This document shows positions 1 through 10,352 of a stretch of DNA of 64,000 nucleotides, piece after piece. The position numbers were made by a program, and so were the translations under genes. Where the stretch lies: assembly GCA_021806925.1 (NCBI GenBank), contig JAKAPS010000001.1, forward strand, positions 71,040 to 135,039, written 5' to 3'. The notes under the pieces were generated by a model that was not told the DNA's origin, did not search any database, and saw nothing but the letters and a program-made list of their open reading frames with translations. This DNA comes from a bacterium. GTDB lineage: Bacteria > Patescibacteriota > Dojkabacteria > JAKAPS01. The stretch's first letter is position 1, and the number at the start of each line of letters is the position of its first letter.

Positions 1-695
1 AATTTTGATTATCAATTCCATATATACTAAATGTGTGATTGCCAGGATTCAGTCCAGTCATCTCAATTTTAAAATATCCTGTTCCATTTGGAGTACCAGT
101 ACCAAGAGTTGCACCATTTTCATCTACCGTTATGAAATCAGTTGGGTACGCATAACCTTCAAGTACGACTGTAGACAGGTATGGCTCAACTGATACGACA
201 GATTCTATTCCAGATTTTGTCTCACCTGGATTAACTAAACCGCTTGCAAACACATTTACACCTTGAGAATCACTTGATAGGACTAATGTTTCTGTATAAT
301 CAGCCTGATTGTATGGGTTAGTTGCCTCAAAACCGGTTATTGTAATACTTTGCCCTCCAACAATTGACAAGTTAGTTAATACAATATCGTTTTGTTGATT
401 CACACTTGATACCAATCCATTTGCTGGATTTCCATATACAAATGAACCACTCACTCCAATATTAGATATGTTTATATTTCCATAATACGGCATCTCTAAA
501 ATAACGTAATCACTTGGAGAAATGTTAACATCACTTGGCAATGTAAAAGTTAATTCATGTTGAACAGAAATATCACCAGGAGAAAGAGATGTAACAACAT
601 CATAAAGATTTTGCACGATTTCACTAGCATAAACTTTACTAAATACTAGACAAAAAGCTAGTACAAATATAAAGGATATTCTAAATATCTTCATC
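1..695 (-). CDS. Secreted/cell-surface protein, N-terminal part only (C-terminus lies beyond the window edge)
   Basis: Reverse-strand ATG at 693-695 begins MKIFRISFIFVLAFCLVFSKVYASE..., a typical signal peptide. I translated the frame by eye to position 1 with no stop (checked on 1-240). G/T/S/N-rich composition matches the neighbouring surface proteins. It is absent from the ORF track, presumably because no stop lies inside the window. The provided plus-strand ORF 5..193 is a shadow of this gene. Confidence 0.5.
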
Positions 696-723
696 ACCTC
701 ACTAAACAGTATAGCCTGAAGTT

Positions 724-1659
724 CTATCCTTGAGCAATTACTTTCAAAGCCTTTGAAAGTCTCTTTCTACCAAAGATAATAAGTAGGACGAAAAGCAAGA
801 CTATACAACCAACAACAATACTTGTTGTTATAAACCACATTGGGAAAATGTAGAAGGTTGTTGTGTCAGTAATATTATGATCATTCTTAGTTCCATATGT
901 CGCTATAAGCGTAGCCGTGTATTTACCTATCATACCAGTTGCTCCCCAGTTAGTAATCATTATTCTACTTGCTCCAGGAAGAACGTTCTCACCATTTAAG
1001 CTTATTTCATCTACCTTAGCACCAAATATATTTGTTAATAATATATATCCACTTGGTTTTTCATATACATCACCATTATCAGTAATTTTTAAACTTAGCG
1101 GTATTGGCCCGTTATATGAAAAATTGGGTGCACTAAAATTATCAACTTTAACATTTTCTGTAACATTTCCTGATACTGTTAAAAGTATTAAAGATACTTG
1201 ACCTGATGAAACATTTGCTACACCAGGAACTGCATTAACTGCCGTTTGAACTGTAATTGCACCATCATGAGTACCAGGTTCAGCATTATTAGGAACCACT
1301 ATATTATAGTTAACAGACTGAGATGAGTGCGCAGGAATAGTTAATGTAGTTGAAGAAAGATTTATCCAGCTTGCCAAAGAATATGTGCTATCAACAGAAC
1401 CTGGTGTTAATGCGACAAAACCTTGATCACCACTTGGTACAAAATTTTCTGTAGACAAATTGTACGTATTTGCAGTTGAGCTTTCATTTCTAATATCTAC
1501 CTTTTCTGTTAGTGTATCACCTGGATTAGCAAAGACATCAATACTTGGAGGAATTAATGTTGTTTCAGTAACACTTTGTGCACTGACTTTCAAATTCAGA
1601 CTAAAGACAAACAAGAAAAATGATAGCAGAAAAAGAATTGATAATATCTTAATTCTCAT
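724..1659 (-). CDS. Cell-surface protein with signal peptide and C-terminal TM anchor plus basic tail (DUF916-like architecture)
   Basis: 311 aa. N-terminal hydrophobic signal (ILSILFLLSFFLFVFS...VSAQS). Internal motif VVPNNAEPGTHDGAITV resembles the DUF916 family of Gram-positive cell-surface proteins. C-terminus has a TM helix followed by GRKRLSKALK. Confidence 0.6.
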   Translation of the reverse strand: MRIKILSILFLLSFFLFVFSLNLKVSAQSVTETTLIPPSIDVFANPGDTLTEKVDIRNESSTANTYNLSTENFVPSGDQGFVALTPGSVDSTYSLASWINLSSTTLTIPAHSSQSVNYNIVVPNNAEPGTHDGAITVQTAVNAVPGVANVSSGQVSLILLTVSGNVTENVKVDNFSAPNFSYNGPIPLSLKITDNGDVYEKPSGYILLTNIFGAKVDEISLNGENVLPGASRIMITNWGATGMIGKYTATLIATYGTKNDHNITDTTTFYIFPMWFITTSIVVGCIVLLFVLLIIFGRKRLSKALKVIAQG

Positions 1660-1901
1660 TTTTTCTATTGTAGTAACATATTTTTAAAAAGTCAATTACT
1701 TACACGCTTTAATACATAAGAGCGAACAAAATCAATATTATATGATGTATATTAGAGTTATAAAAAAAGGTAAAAAGTAATAACACATTGTTACAATTTT
1801 TAACTGAACCAACATATATATCAGAAGCTAATTAATATAAAGAACAGATTTTTCTTTAAATATCTTTTTTATTGTATAATTTACAAAAGAAATACAAGAA
1901 T

Positions 1902-2963
1902 ATGAAAAAGGGATTTTTAATTCTATTAATACAATTCATTTTTGTATTCTTTGTGTTGCAGTTATTTCAAGTAGTATATGCATCGACAATATCAGTATCA
2001 TCGCTTTCATTAAGTGATAATGTGTCTCTTGACTCTTCGGTAACATATTCACTCTCATTTTCAACTGTAACGTCTTCTACATTAACGTCAATCGAAACAG
2101 AATTTGCAACAACAAGTTCAGGAACTATACCTCCAACACATATGAATCTTTCAACTGTATCCCTTGGTGCAATATCAGGTATAACTGGATCAAATTGGAC
2201 ACTTAATTCTACTGATTATACTGCTGGAATTCTGTATGTACAAAATGGTTCAGGACAGAATATACCTGCAAGTACTGATATACAGATTACACTAAATAGT
2301 ATTACAAATCCTGAAGTTGGAGATTGCGGTGGAACATACTATGATACTTGCTATCTTCAGATAACTACTTTTGATGGTGTTACACCTATAGATTCAGGGT
2401 ATGTAAGCTTTGGATTAGAAAGTAATCCACAACTTACATTCAGTTTGTCTAGTATTGGTTCAGGGACAATAGAGAATGGAATAACGACTACAACATCAAC
2501 ATCCATTAGTACTCTGCCCCTTGGTTCAATAGCTCCATATCAATTTGTTGCAGGTAGTTATGAACTTAGTTTAACTACAAATGCCCCAAATGGGTATAGT
2601 ATATATTCATGGCTATCATCACCGCTGATTGGTACATATTATGGAAAGGATATATCGCCTTTTAGTGCAACGGGTGCAAGCTGGACAACACCTGTATCTT
2701 GGACTAGCCCAACTGGTTCTGTTGATGGAACAAATACATGTTGGATAGGTGCAAATACATCTGACACTTCTGTCACTGGTTGGTCAAGTGGTAGCAATCT
2801 ATGGGGTCCACTTGGTTCATCACCTCAACTTATTTCATATTCAAATACATCTGTACTAACTCAGAAGAATATCTTTTTTACAATTGGTCTTGAATGTAAC
2901 GCATTGCAGTCTCCAGATGTCTATTCATCACAACTTAATTTCTCTGTAGTTCCTAGTTATTGA
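1902..2963 (+). CDS. Secreted S/T-rich surface protein; paralog of 14833..15954
   Basis: The ORF-track start is 1872; the more plausible start is 1902 (MKKGFLILLIQFIFVFFVLQLFQVVYAS, a signal peptide). The C-terminal roughly 80 aa (SWTTPVSWTSPTGS...CWIGANTSDTSVTGWSSGSNLWGPL) is clearly homologous to the C-terminus of the 14833..15954 protein (SWATPVAWTAPTGS...FIGANTSDTRVSGWSSPTGKWAPV). Confidence 0.7.
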   Translation: MKKGFLILLIQFIFVFFVLQLFQVVYASTISVSSLSLSDNVSLDSSVTYSLSFSTVTSSTLTSIETEFATTSSGTIPPTHMNLSTVSLGAISGITGSNWTLNSTDYTAGILYVQNGSGQNIPASTDIQITLNSITNPEVGDCGGTYYDTCYLQITTFDGVTPIDSGYVSFGLESNPQLTFSLSSIGSGTIENGITTTTSTSISTLPLGSIAPYQFVAGSYELSLTTNAPNGYSIYSWLSSPLIGTYYGKDISPFSATGASWTTPVSWTSPTGSVDGTNTCWIGANTSDTSVTGWSSGSNLWGPLGSSPQLISYSNTSVLTQKNIFFTIGLECNALQSPDVYSSQLNFSVVPSY

Positions 2964-5292
2964 TGTTATTTCTATAGAATGTACTCGCATTGTTCCATTC
3001 ATTCATTGCTCTGTAGGTGTTTATAACGCCGTTGAAGGCCACTGAACTATTTAAGTTAAGTAGATACGCAGATTCATAATAGCCTAATGCAGTTTTGTAA
3101 TCTCCCATAGAGTAATTAGAATTCGCCATGCTTATATAGTCATTGTATGAATATACATGAACTATATAGTTAGAAGTATATTCATTAATATATTTTTCTG
3201 TTAATGAACCAGTTGAAAGGTAAATACTTTTTAGACGTATAGAATCATATTCATTTAGAAAATCATGTGAGTATTGTTTCAATCCTTCATCAGTCAACAC
3301 TTTTGCGAAGAAAATATCCTCTGTTTCAAAATCTGTATATAGGGATACTTTATTCATGTCAATAATATAAGGATTTACTCCTTTAAGCATAGCGTTGATG
3401 TTTGAGATATTTTTCAAACTACTTGCCAATTCAGTTTTATTAATCTGAGGATTTACAACAACTTTTAATGTATAACCATATGGCACTGTAAAATACGGGT
3501 TACCATACACTCCTATATTTTGTAAATCAGTCTGATCTGGAAAGTATAGGTATATGTTTCTTGTATCTATATTTTTTGCAATCATGTATTTTAATACAGA
3601 TGTATCATCTAGACTTTTTGATGTTAATAACCCAGGATATTTACTTGAATTGAAATAGTGTTCATATTCTGTGATTGATAATGGTATTAAAGTTATATCA
3701 GGTGCTACGTTCTCTACATAATGCTCATAGAACATGGGAAAACACGCAGTATCATTGAAACATATCATTATAGAGTTTTTTGGAAGTGAATTTAAAATAT
3801 ATTTAGAAGAATCACCTAAGAATGTAAAATTCCTATTGTATTCTTCACGTATATTAAAAATGAACAAAACTGGAACTGAAAGTATCAATACAGTTATGCT
3901 TATATATTTCATAGAATTTTTTAAACTGAGCATATTAAAAAAACTAAAGTATTTTGTTTTATTATTGTTTTTAATTACTCCAATTTGTTTTGGGTCATTG
4001 AATTTATTTAATATGTAAGAAATTGTGAAAAAAGACATAATACCAAAAAATATTTCTCCTTGTATATATAGCCTCATCTTTATAGCGATATCTGTATACA
4101 ATGATGCAGTTCCATTTTCAGTGGTGTAATTTACTGGAAAATATCCTCCAACAAGTACATCCGATACAAAAAAATTTGATATGACAAGAATCTCAAATCC
4201 TCTGTTATATATATATTTAAAGATTGAATTTTTCTTAGTATTTTTAAATACTGAATTGTTAATTTGCTCTTTAAAAAATAGGGCAATGATTAAACCTGCA
4301 AAACTAAACACAAAGAATATATTAAAATCCTGCAATAGATATATTAAAAAGTGGTATATCTCTATGAATGAATTCTGAATTGGAAATGTTCCGATATATG
4401 ATGATAGTACACCACTGGTGGTATTCCTTTTATAGTCATTTCTAAAGAAATCATTCACCAATGAATGAATAGAATTTATACTTCCCCAGCCAACAGGAGA
4501 GTTACTATTTGACAATATGAATAAGTACATATATATCAATGAAACTAATATAGAAACTAATAGGATGAATTCAATTAAATAAATAATAAATAGTTTTGTC
4601 CTCTTATTCTTTGGAATGTTTTTAATCCACCCTACGAGCAGGAAAAATAATATTGGTGGAAAAACAACAATACTCTCCTGCTGATTTGCAATCATTGCTG
4701 AAAAAATAACTGCAAAAATTAATATGTAAAAGGAAATACGAATATATTTTCTTCTGTTTTCATCTCTTTCAAATGTGTTAAATAATAGGACTGAAATGAA
4801 TATTAATAAGACAATTAGAAGATTATTCAATGCAAATACTTCAGCAACTGAAGAATATATTGCATAATACAGTGAGAAACCTAATCCAAAAATAGTTAGA
4901 AGTATAGATAAAATGACATTTTTAGAGTTTTGTACTCGTTGTCTGTAATATATGTACACAAGGAGAAAAATTAAACTTAATGTTATTGATGAAAACAGAG
5001 CTGATAATATATTAACCTTGTACGCCTCAGACCAAGGTATATTCTTTAGCAAAATTAACCATACCCTTCCTAGTAGCATATATAAAGGATACCCTGGTTG
5101 GTGAGGATTTCCGTTTGTATATATTGCTGTAAGCATCTCACCATTATCTCCATAGTTTGAAACAGTAACAGGTGCAATTAGTGAATAAAATAGAAAGAAG
5201 AATAAAAATATGCTTATTGAATATATATACATATTCAATTTTTCTATTCTTGTATATTCTCTATTTGTATTTTTTATCGTTTTATTACTCAT
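2953..5292 (-). CDS. Polytopic membrane protein of the DUF2723 / GT-C-like (PMT-like) glycosyltransferase family with C-terminal TPR-like region
   Basis: 779 aa with more than 10 predicted TM helices. N-terminal motif GNPHQPGYPLYMLLG matches the HPPGYP signature of DUF2723. C-terminal soluble part contains TPR-like sequence (DYKTALGYYESAYLLNLNSSVAFNGVINTYRAMNEW). Confidence 0.65.
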   Translation of the reverse strand: MSNKTIKNTNREYTRIEKLNMYIYSISIFLFFFLFYSLIAPVTVSNYGDNGEMLTAIYTNGNPHQPGYPLYMLLGRVWLILLKNIPWSEAYKVNILSALFSSITLSLIFLLVYIYYRQRVQNSKNVILSILLTIFGLGFSLYYAIYSSVAEVFALNNLLIVLLIFISVLLFNTFERDENRRKYIRISFYILIFAVIFSAMIANQQESIVVFPPILFFLLVGWIKNIPKNKRTKLFIIYLIEFILLVSILVSLIYMYLFILSNSNSPVGWGSINSIHSLVNDFFRNDYKRNTTSGVLSSYIGTFPIQNSFIEIYHFLIYLLQDFNIFFVFSFAGLIIALFFKEQINNSVFKNTKKNSIFKYIYNRGFEILVISNFFVSDVLVGGYFPVNYTTENGTASLYTDIAIKMRLYIQGEIFFGIMSFFTISYILNKFNDPKQIGVIKNNNKTKYFSFFNMLSLKNSMKYISITVLILSVPVLFIFNIREEYNRNFTFLGDSSKYILNSLPKNSIMICFNDTACFPMFYEHYVENVAPDITLIPLSITEYEHYFNSSKYPGLLTSKSLDDTSVLKYMIAKNIDTRNIYLYFPDQTDLQNIGVYGNPYFTVPYGYTLKVVVNPQINKTELASSLKNISNINAMLKGVNPYIIDMNKVSLYTDFETEDIFFAKVLTDEGLKQYSHDFLNEYDSIRLKSIYLSTGSLTEKYINEYTSNYIVHVYSYNDYISMANSNYSMGDYKTALGYYESAYLLNLNSSVAFNGVINTYRAMNEWNNASTFYRNNINN

Positions 5293-5349
5293 ATTTTCTA
5301 TACAGCTGGTCTTTTAACCTCAATTAAAAGATAATATATATAAATATAT

Positions 5350-6012
5350 ATGTCTAGAGTTCTTGAGATTAATGTAACAATAAAGAAGAAAAGGATAAAA
5401 AGAAATATATTTTTATTTGTATTTGTTATTTTGACTATTAGTCTTGTTGGTTTTGGAATATATAAAATAATTGAATTCAATAATGAGCAAAGTAAATTAT
5501 TGCAAAGTGACATATCATCAATACAATCAAAACTATATAAATCACCAGGAGTAGATAGCTCCTATATTGAAAATGAAGCTATAAACTCAACGCTTCCATA
5601 CTCTCAAACAACCTGGAAAGTTATAGTTAACAGAGTGTACTATTATCAGATGGAGTACCCTACAAATACAACTGGATTCCAAAAGAATATTGACGGATCA
5701 ACAATATGGTTACTAAGAAGAGATGGATATATATTTAAATTAAATATATTTCAATATAGTGGAACACCAGATCAGTATATAAATTCAATTGAAAATATAG
5801 GTAACTATGCTATATCTAAGACTACATTCAACGGTCAAAGTGCATTAATGTTGACTGATACAAACAATACAGATAAATTCAAAGGAAATGAAATTGTATT
5901 GAAATATAAAGGGAATATGTTTGTTATATGGTTTCTTCAAATTGACAAAAACACACATCCAAATGACTATTTAAGAGAACAAGTTATATTAAGCAATTTT
6001 GGTTTTATTTAG
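5350..6012 (+). CDS. Hypothetical protein with N-terminal membrane anchor
   Basis: 220 aa. Basic N-terminus then one TM helix (IFLFVFVILTISLVGFGIY), remainder predicted extracytoplasmic. No recognisable motif. Confidence 0.45.
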   Translation: MSRVLEINVTIKKKRIKRNIFLFVFVILTISLVGFGIYKIIEFNNEQSKLLQSDISSIQSKLYKSPGVDSSYIENEAINSTLPYSQTTWKVIVNRVYYYQMEYPTNTTGFQKNIDGSTIWLLRRDGYIFKLNIFQYSGTPDQYINSIENIGNYAISKTTFNGQSALMLTDTNNTDKFKGNEIVLKYKGNMFVIWFLQIDKNTHPNDYLREQVILSNFGFI

Positions 6013-7711
6013 GAAGGACATCATCTACGCTTCTTCCAGTTCTCAATCTAGCTGACAATAAATAGAGAATAGCTTTTATCCTTCTAATCATTATGCTGCC
6101 TAGTATCTTTTCATTAGGGTTGACGAAAAATTCCAATACACCTCCTCTTCTTCTTCCTTTCGACAAAGCTCTACATAGAGCGGATGGTGTAATACTTTCT
6201 ACTAAATTAGATGCCTCCCTCGATTGAGGAATAAATGAAAACTGTTCCCCATACATTATTTGAGTGCCCAATGCTAAGATTACATCAATTGGGACTCTTC
6301 TAAATAATTTCTTCATTAAAATACCTAATGCTGATGCCCTATCTTCTTTACTACTAGTAGAAATACGCTTTATTTCTTTATTGCTTAGTCTTCCACAGAA
6401 TAATTTTGAGCTTCTTCTACTGGTACTGTCATATTGGAATATATGGACATACACAGCATAACCAAAATCTGTCATAAGTATTAATGGAATACTATGTCTT
6501 AATGCATATTCATGCAAAAGAGTCATTGCTTCTAGATCATCGACACTGCAGAAAATTACATCTGGTTTTAATGCTTCTATTTCATAAATATTTTTAGCAT
6601 CTATGTTATAAGGATTTGTAATAATATTTGTCATTGGATAGATTCCAGCTATGTACTCTTTCGTTGCAATAACTTTTATTTCACCCACTTTACCTGTACC
6701 AACAGATAACCTAGGTAGATTTGCTTGCCCTACCATTCCACCATCAAATACAGCTAGTTCTGCAACCGGATAGCTTGATAATGCACTCAGAACTCTACTG
6801 CCCACGCTTCCTCCACCAACTACAGTAATTTTTTTCCCTCTAATTATATCACGTTGATAAGATCCTAAACTAATTCCGCGAGATTCAGATAGAAATTGTT
6901 TTACTACAATTTCAAGTTGTCTTTCAAGTTCACCTAGCGTAAGACTATATTCCTGACATCCTGGCTCTAATATACCCCGTTTCATAAGTGAAATTATACC
7001 ATCTATATTTTCTGAAACATATCCCATAACATTTTTTCTCCCTTTATCTCCATATTTATTCCTGTATGGATTGAATTTATCACCTAATTTTCTATTAGGA
7101 TAAACCTTTCTATATAATTCAGTCAAACCATTTCTCCCAATCCAATAAAACGGATATTTTTTTATGAGATTTTTTACTTCATCTAAATCATAATTTAAAT
7201 TACTACCAATAAGTTTTATTTCAAGACCAAGAGATTTAATTATTTCCACAAGCCTTGGTTGGAGTATTGCTGAAACATTAGAATCATTACTCTTTCCTCT
7301 TTCTTTCGATACTTGAACTACCTTAGTAAGTATATATAATAAATTTGCTAATTTAACAACCGGATCCTTAGCTTCTATTGCTAATCCTCCGATTTCTATA
7401 TAATCATAATCCACCCCACTTTTTTCGAAAATACTAGATCCTGGAGAAACACGTGCACATGCATTATTTGTTTTTATAATGATTTCACTATCATTGTAAT
7501 TCCTCACATGTTCTCCAGCACAAAAATCTCTTTGATATAAATTAACTGCAATTGATCCTGGGTCTGTTCTAGTACCTGTTCCAGTTATTTTTTCTAATTC
7601 ACGTTGAAGTTGCAATAGCGATGGATTAGTAGCAGGCGTATAAAAATTTTTGCCTTCTCCTTTTTCTGTAGATAAACTCATTCTACCCTCGCAGTTTATA
7701 CTATATATCAT
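6005..7711 (-). CDS. E1-like / ThiF-MoeB family adenylyltransferase domain protein with roughly 290-aa N-terminal and roughly 120-aa C-terminal extensions
   Basis: 568 aa. Central region KKITVVGGGSVGSRVLSALSSYPVAELAVFDGGMVGQANLPRL is the Rossmann GxGxxG nucleotide-binding motif of E1/ThiF enzymes. Downstream ...KPDVIFCSVDDLEAMTLLHEYALRHSIPLI is consistent with the ThiF fold. The flanking domains match nothing I recognise. Confidence 0.65.
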   Translation of the reverse strand: MIYSINCEGRMSLSTEKGEGKNFYTPATNPSLLQLQRELEKITGTGTRTDPGSIAVNLYQRDFCAGEHVRNYNDSEIIIKTNNACARVSPGSSIFEKSGVDYDYIEIGGLAIEAKDPVVKLANLLYILTKVVQVSKERGKSNDSNVSAILQPRLVEIIKSLGLEIKLIGSNLNYDLDEVKNLIKKYPFYWIGRNGLTELYRKVYPNRKLGDKFNPYRNKYGDKGRKNVMGYVSENIDGIISLMKRGILEPGCQEYSLTLGELERQLEIVVKQFLSESRGISLGSYQRDIIRGKKITVVGGGSVGSRVLSALSSYPVAELAVFDGGMVGQANLPRLSVGTGKVGEIKVIATKEYIAGIYPMTNIITNPYNIDAKNIYEIEALKPDVIFCSVDDLEAMTLLHEYALRHSIPLILMTDFGYAVYVHIFQYDSTSRRSSKLFCGRLSNKEIKRISTSSKEDRASALGILMKKLFRRVPIDVILALGTQIMYGEQFSFIPQSREASNLVESITPSALCRALSKGRRRGGVLEFFVNPNEKILGSIMIRRIKAILYLLSARLRTGRSVDDVLPK

Positions 7712-7819
7712 ACAAAGTCAATAGATAAAGGATATAACCGAGGATGGAGAAAAAATATCAGACTCTTAAGATTTTATAACCACTTAGATAATTGAAATGG
7801 ACATAACAATGCAGTATTA

Positions 7820-10030
7820 TTGTTTTTGTATATGTATTTTCAAATAGTTATTTTGCTACTAACTATGACATATAATTTCTATTTCCTGTATTCTACTAAA
7901 TTCAAAAAAACTGTAATACTTTTTTCGCTATGGGTTTTCTCTACTGAAATAATGTTTTTAATATCATCAATATCATTAAATATTTCTCAATCGACAGTTG
8001 CAATACTATATGAAATAAGATTAGTAATGTTTGTATCAATTATAATGTGTTTTTTATTTTTAATATTCGTTGATTCATTCCCCGATGGTAAAAAAATTTT
8101 ATCAATCAAATACACTATATTAATATCATTCTTTGCAATAGTTTTAGGAACCTTAACTTTGACGCCTTTAATGTTTTACTCCATAAAGATTATAAACGGA
8201 AATGTTATACCAGCATTTTTCCCAACACTTTATATTTTTCCATTATATTTTGTAATGACATTATTTAAGGGATTATACTTATTATATAAGAAGTATAAAT
8301 CATCGTATTTTAACAATAAGATTATTTTAAAAATATTCTTATATTCATTTTCGCTTCTGATTCTTTTTACGTTAATATCTAATTTCTTATTACCTATTTT
8401 CTTCAAATATTCAGACTTGATGCAGCTGGGAAATTTATCAGTATTATTTTTTTTTATTATTACAAGTTACACAGTAATTAGACATCGACTTTTTGATATA
8501 TATTTTGCAATCAGAAACTTCACAATATATTCTTTTGCATTTATTTCAATCTATATACTATTTATTCTTCTTTTCTATATACTAAGGGTAACAGTAATTG
8601 ATGAAAATTTATTAATCTATTCAGCAATAATTGATCTAGTATCATTAATATCTATACCATCCGTAATAAGATTGTCAACAATTATAATGGATAAGATATT
8701 CTTTAAAAGAGCAATATCACAGAAAATAGAAATAGAGAATTTAAATAGAAAAATAAATGAAATAAGGACATTAGATGAAATCTATAAATATATTCCACTT
8801 GAGATTTCTAGATTATTTGGATTCTACAAAATAGAAATCATCAATGATAGTGATTATAGGTTTTTAATTCTCAGTAAATTCTTCAATAATAACAATAATA
8901 ATAATAGAAACATATTATTTTTTACTGAAGATGATTATACAAAATATTCCAATATTACTAGCGAAAAAGATTTAACTGCAATATATCCATTCATAATAAA
9001 CAATGAAGTTAAAAGTTTATTATTAATTTACAATAAAATAACTAAAGAACCTATATACTCTAATGAAGTTTCTATTCTAGAAGATATTTTGAATAGAGTA
9101 TATATATTAATAGTAAATGCCTATTTATATGAAGATATAAAATCCTTTAATGAAAAATTGCAGGACAAAATTAGAAATGCAACATTGAAGTTAACTGCTA
9201 GAAATATAAAATTAAAACATACCCTAAAACATGAGAGGGAAGTCCTAAGACTTGAAAGAGATATGCTTGATATAATGGGACATGAATTAAGGTCCCCTGC
9301 TACAGTAATCAAATTAGCAACATACATGCTTGAAGGTGATATTGGTGCTAACCCATCAACTGGGAAAAATATATCCAGAATAAAAGATTCTGTAGAAAGG
9401 CAGTTAAAATTAATAAACCTATATATAGATATAGCAAAATTTGATAACAAGAGATTAAATCTGACACTATCCCAAATTCATTTAGATAGAATGCTTGAAA
9501 CTTCTGTTGAAGATCATATGGTTGAAGCAATGGAGAAATCTGAAATAAAATTAAGCTATGAAAAACCAGTTACATCAATTCCTATTCTAATTGCTGATTA
9601 CACTAGAATACGTGAAGTTATTGATAACCTAATAAGTAATGCAATCAAATATACATCAAATGGACTTGTAACAGTAGGATGTTCTATTGATGGATCTTAT
9701 GTTAAAGCATATGTAAGAGATACTGGTGAAGGAATCTCTGATGAAGATATAAAGAATGAATTGTTTCAAAAGTTCCATAGAATAGTAAATAAATCAGATA
9801 ATGAATCAGAAGAGAAAATAATTGTAAGACCAGGTGGATCTGGATTAGGTCTATACATATCAAAAGGAATTATAGAATTACACAATGGTAACATATGGGC
9901 TGAAAGTAAACTACATGTTGGGTCAACATTTTTCTTCTCACTTCCAATCCCTTCAAAAGATGAGATTCTAAAATATCCAGAAACCCCAGTTATACAAAAT
10001 AGGAATCCAAACCTATTTAAGAATATGTGA
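7820..10030 (+). CDS. Sensor histidine kinase (multi-TM sensor, HisKA + HATPase_c)
   Basis: 736 aa. N-terminal half has many TM helices. H-box DIMGHELRSPATVI. ATP-binding G-boxes RDTGEGISDED and GGSGLGLYISKGIIELHNGNIWAES. Poly-Asn low-complexity tract (NNNNNNNRN) in the linker. No response regulator adjacent. Confidence 0.8.
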   Translation: MFLYMYFQIVILLLTMTYNFYFLYSTKFKKTVILFSLWVFSTEIMFLISSISLNISQSTVAILYEIRLVMFVSIIMCFLFLIFVDSFPDGKKILSIKYTILISFFAIVLGTLTLTPLMFYSIKIINGNVIPAFFPTLYIFPLYFVMTLFKGLYLLYKKYKSSYFNNKIILKIFLYSFSLLILFTLISNFLLPIFFKYSDLMQLGNLSVLFFFIITSYTVIRHRLFDIYFAIRNFTIYSFAFISIYILFILLFYILRVTVIDENLLIYSAIIDLVSLISIPSVIRLSTIIMDKIFFKRAISQKIEIENLNRKINEIRTLDEIYKYIPLEISRLFGFYKIEIINDSDYRFLILSKFFNNNNNNNRNILFFTEDDYTKYSNITSEKDLTAIYPFIINNEVKSLLLIYNKITKEPIYSNEVSILEDILNRVYILIVNAYLYEDIKSFNEKLQDKIRNATLKLTARNIKLKHTLKHEREVLRLERDMLDIMGHELRSPATVIKLATYMLEGDIGANPSTGKNISRIKDSVERQLKLINLYIDIAKFDNKRLNLTLSQIHLDRMLETSVEDHMVEAMEKSEIKLSYEKPVTSIPILIADYTRIREVIDNLISNAIKYTSNGLVTVGCSIDGSYVKAYVRDTGEGISDEDIKNELFQKFHRIVNKSDNESEEKIIVRPGGSGLGLYISKGIIELHNGNIWAESKLHVGSTFFFSLPIPSKDEILKYPETPVIQNRNPNLFKNM

Positions 10031-10108
10031 TATATACTTTATTTTAAAAGAAAAATAATTCAATATTAATTTTTCAAGCTATAATATTTTTTGCATTAGT
10101 TATTTTTT

Positions 10109-10324
10109 TTGTGTACAATGTCATATATAAATATGGAAAATAATTCACAAAGCAAAGTATATGTAATAGCAGGAGCAACTGGTGTCATTGTTGCAGCACT
10201 ATTTTATTTAATCGTAAGACATGTATTCTCAGTACATTCAAGAACAATTGACATATTAGTAGGATTAATAGCAGGTGTTGTTGCAGGTGCTATCTACTAT
10301 TTTGTAGTTGGAAAGAAAAAATAA
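10109..10324 (+). CDS. Small two-TM membrane protein (hypothetical)
   Basis: 71 aa with two hydrophobic helices (VYVIAGATGVIVAALFYLIV; ILVGLIAGVVAGAIYYFVV) and a KKK tail. Start may be the internal Met at 10136. Weak support. Confidence 0.35.
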   Translation: MCTMSYINMENNSQSKVYVIAGATGVIVAALFYLIVRHVFSVHSRTIDILVGLIAGVVAGAIYYFVVGKKK

Positions 10325-10352
10325 AAGAAGCGAAATTACTAGCAATAAATAA

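Noticed and set aside
5-193. Plus-strand 62-aa ORF from the ORF track
   Set aside because: It lies entirely inside a longer, signal-peptide-bearing reverse-strand ORF (1..695) that reads as real protein. It is a shadow ORF.
917-1687. Plus-strand ORFs 917..1201 and 1460..1687 antisense to the 724..1659 surface-protein gene
   Set aside because: They are low-complexity translations antisense to a well-supported gene. Typical AT-rich shadow ORFs.
1872-2963. WxL-domain assignment for the paralogous secreted proteins
   Set aside because: Their C-terminal module is Trp-containing but has no W-x-L motifs. I only claim a shared uncharacterised module.
3734-4378. Small plus-strand ORFs inside the DUF2723 gene
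   Set aside because: They are antisense to a long membrane-protein ORF and have no features of their own.
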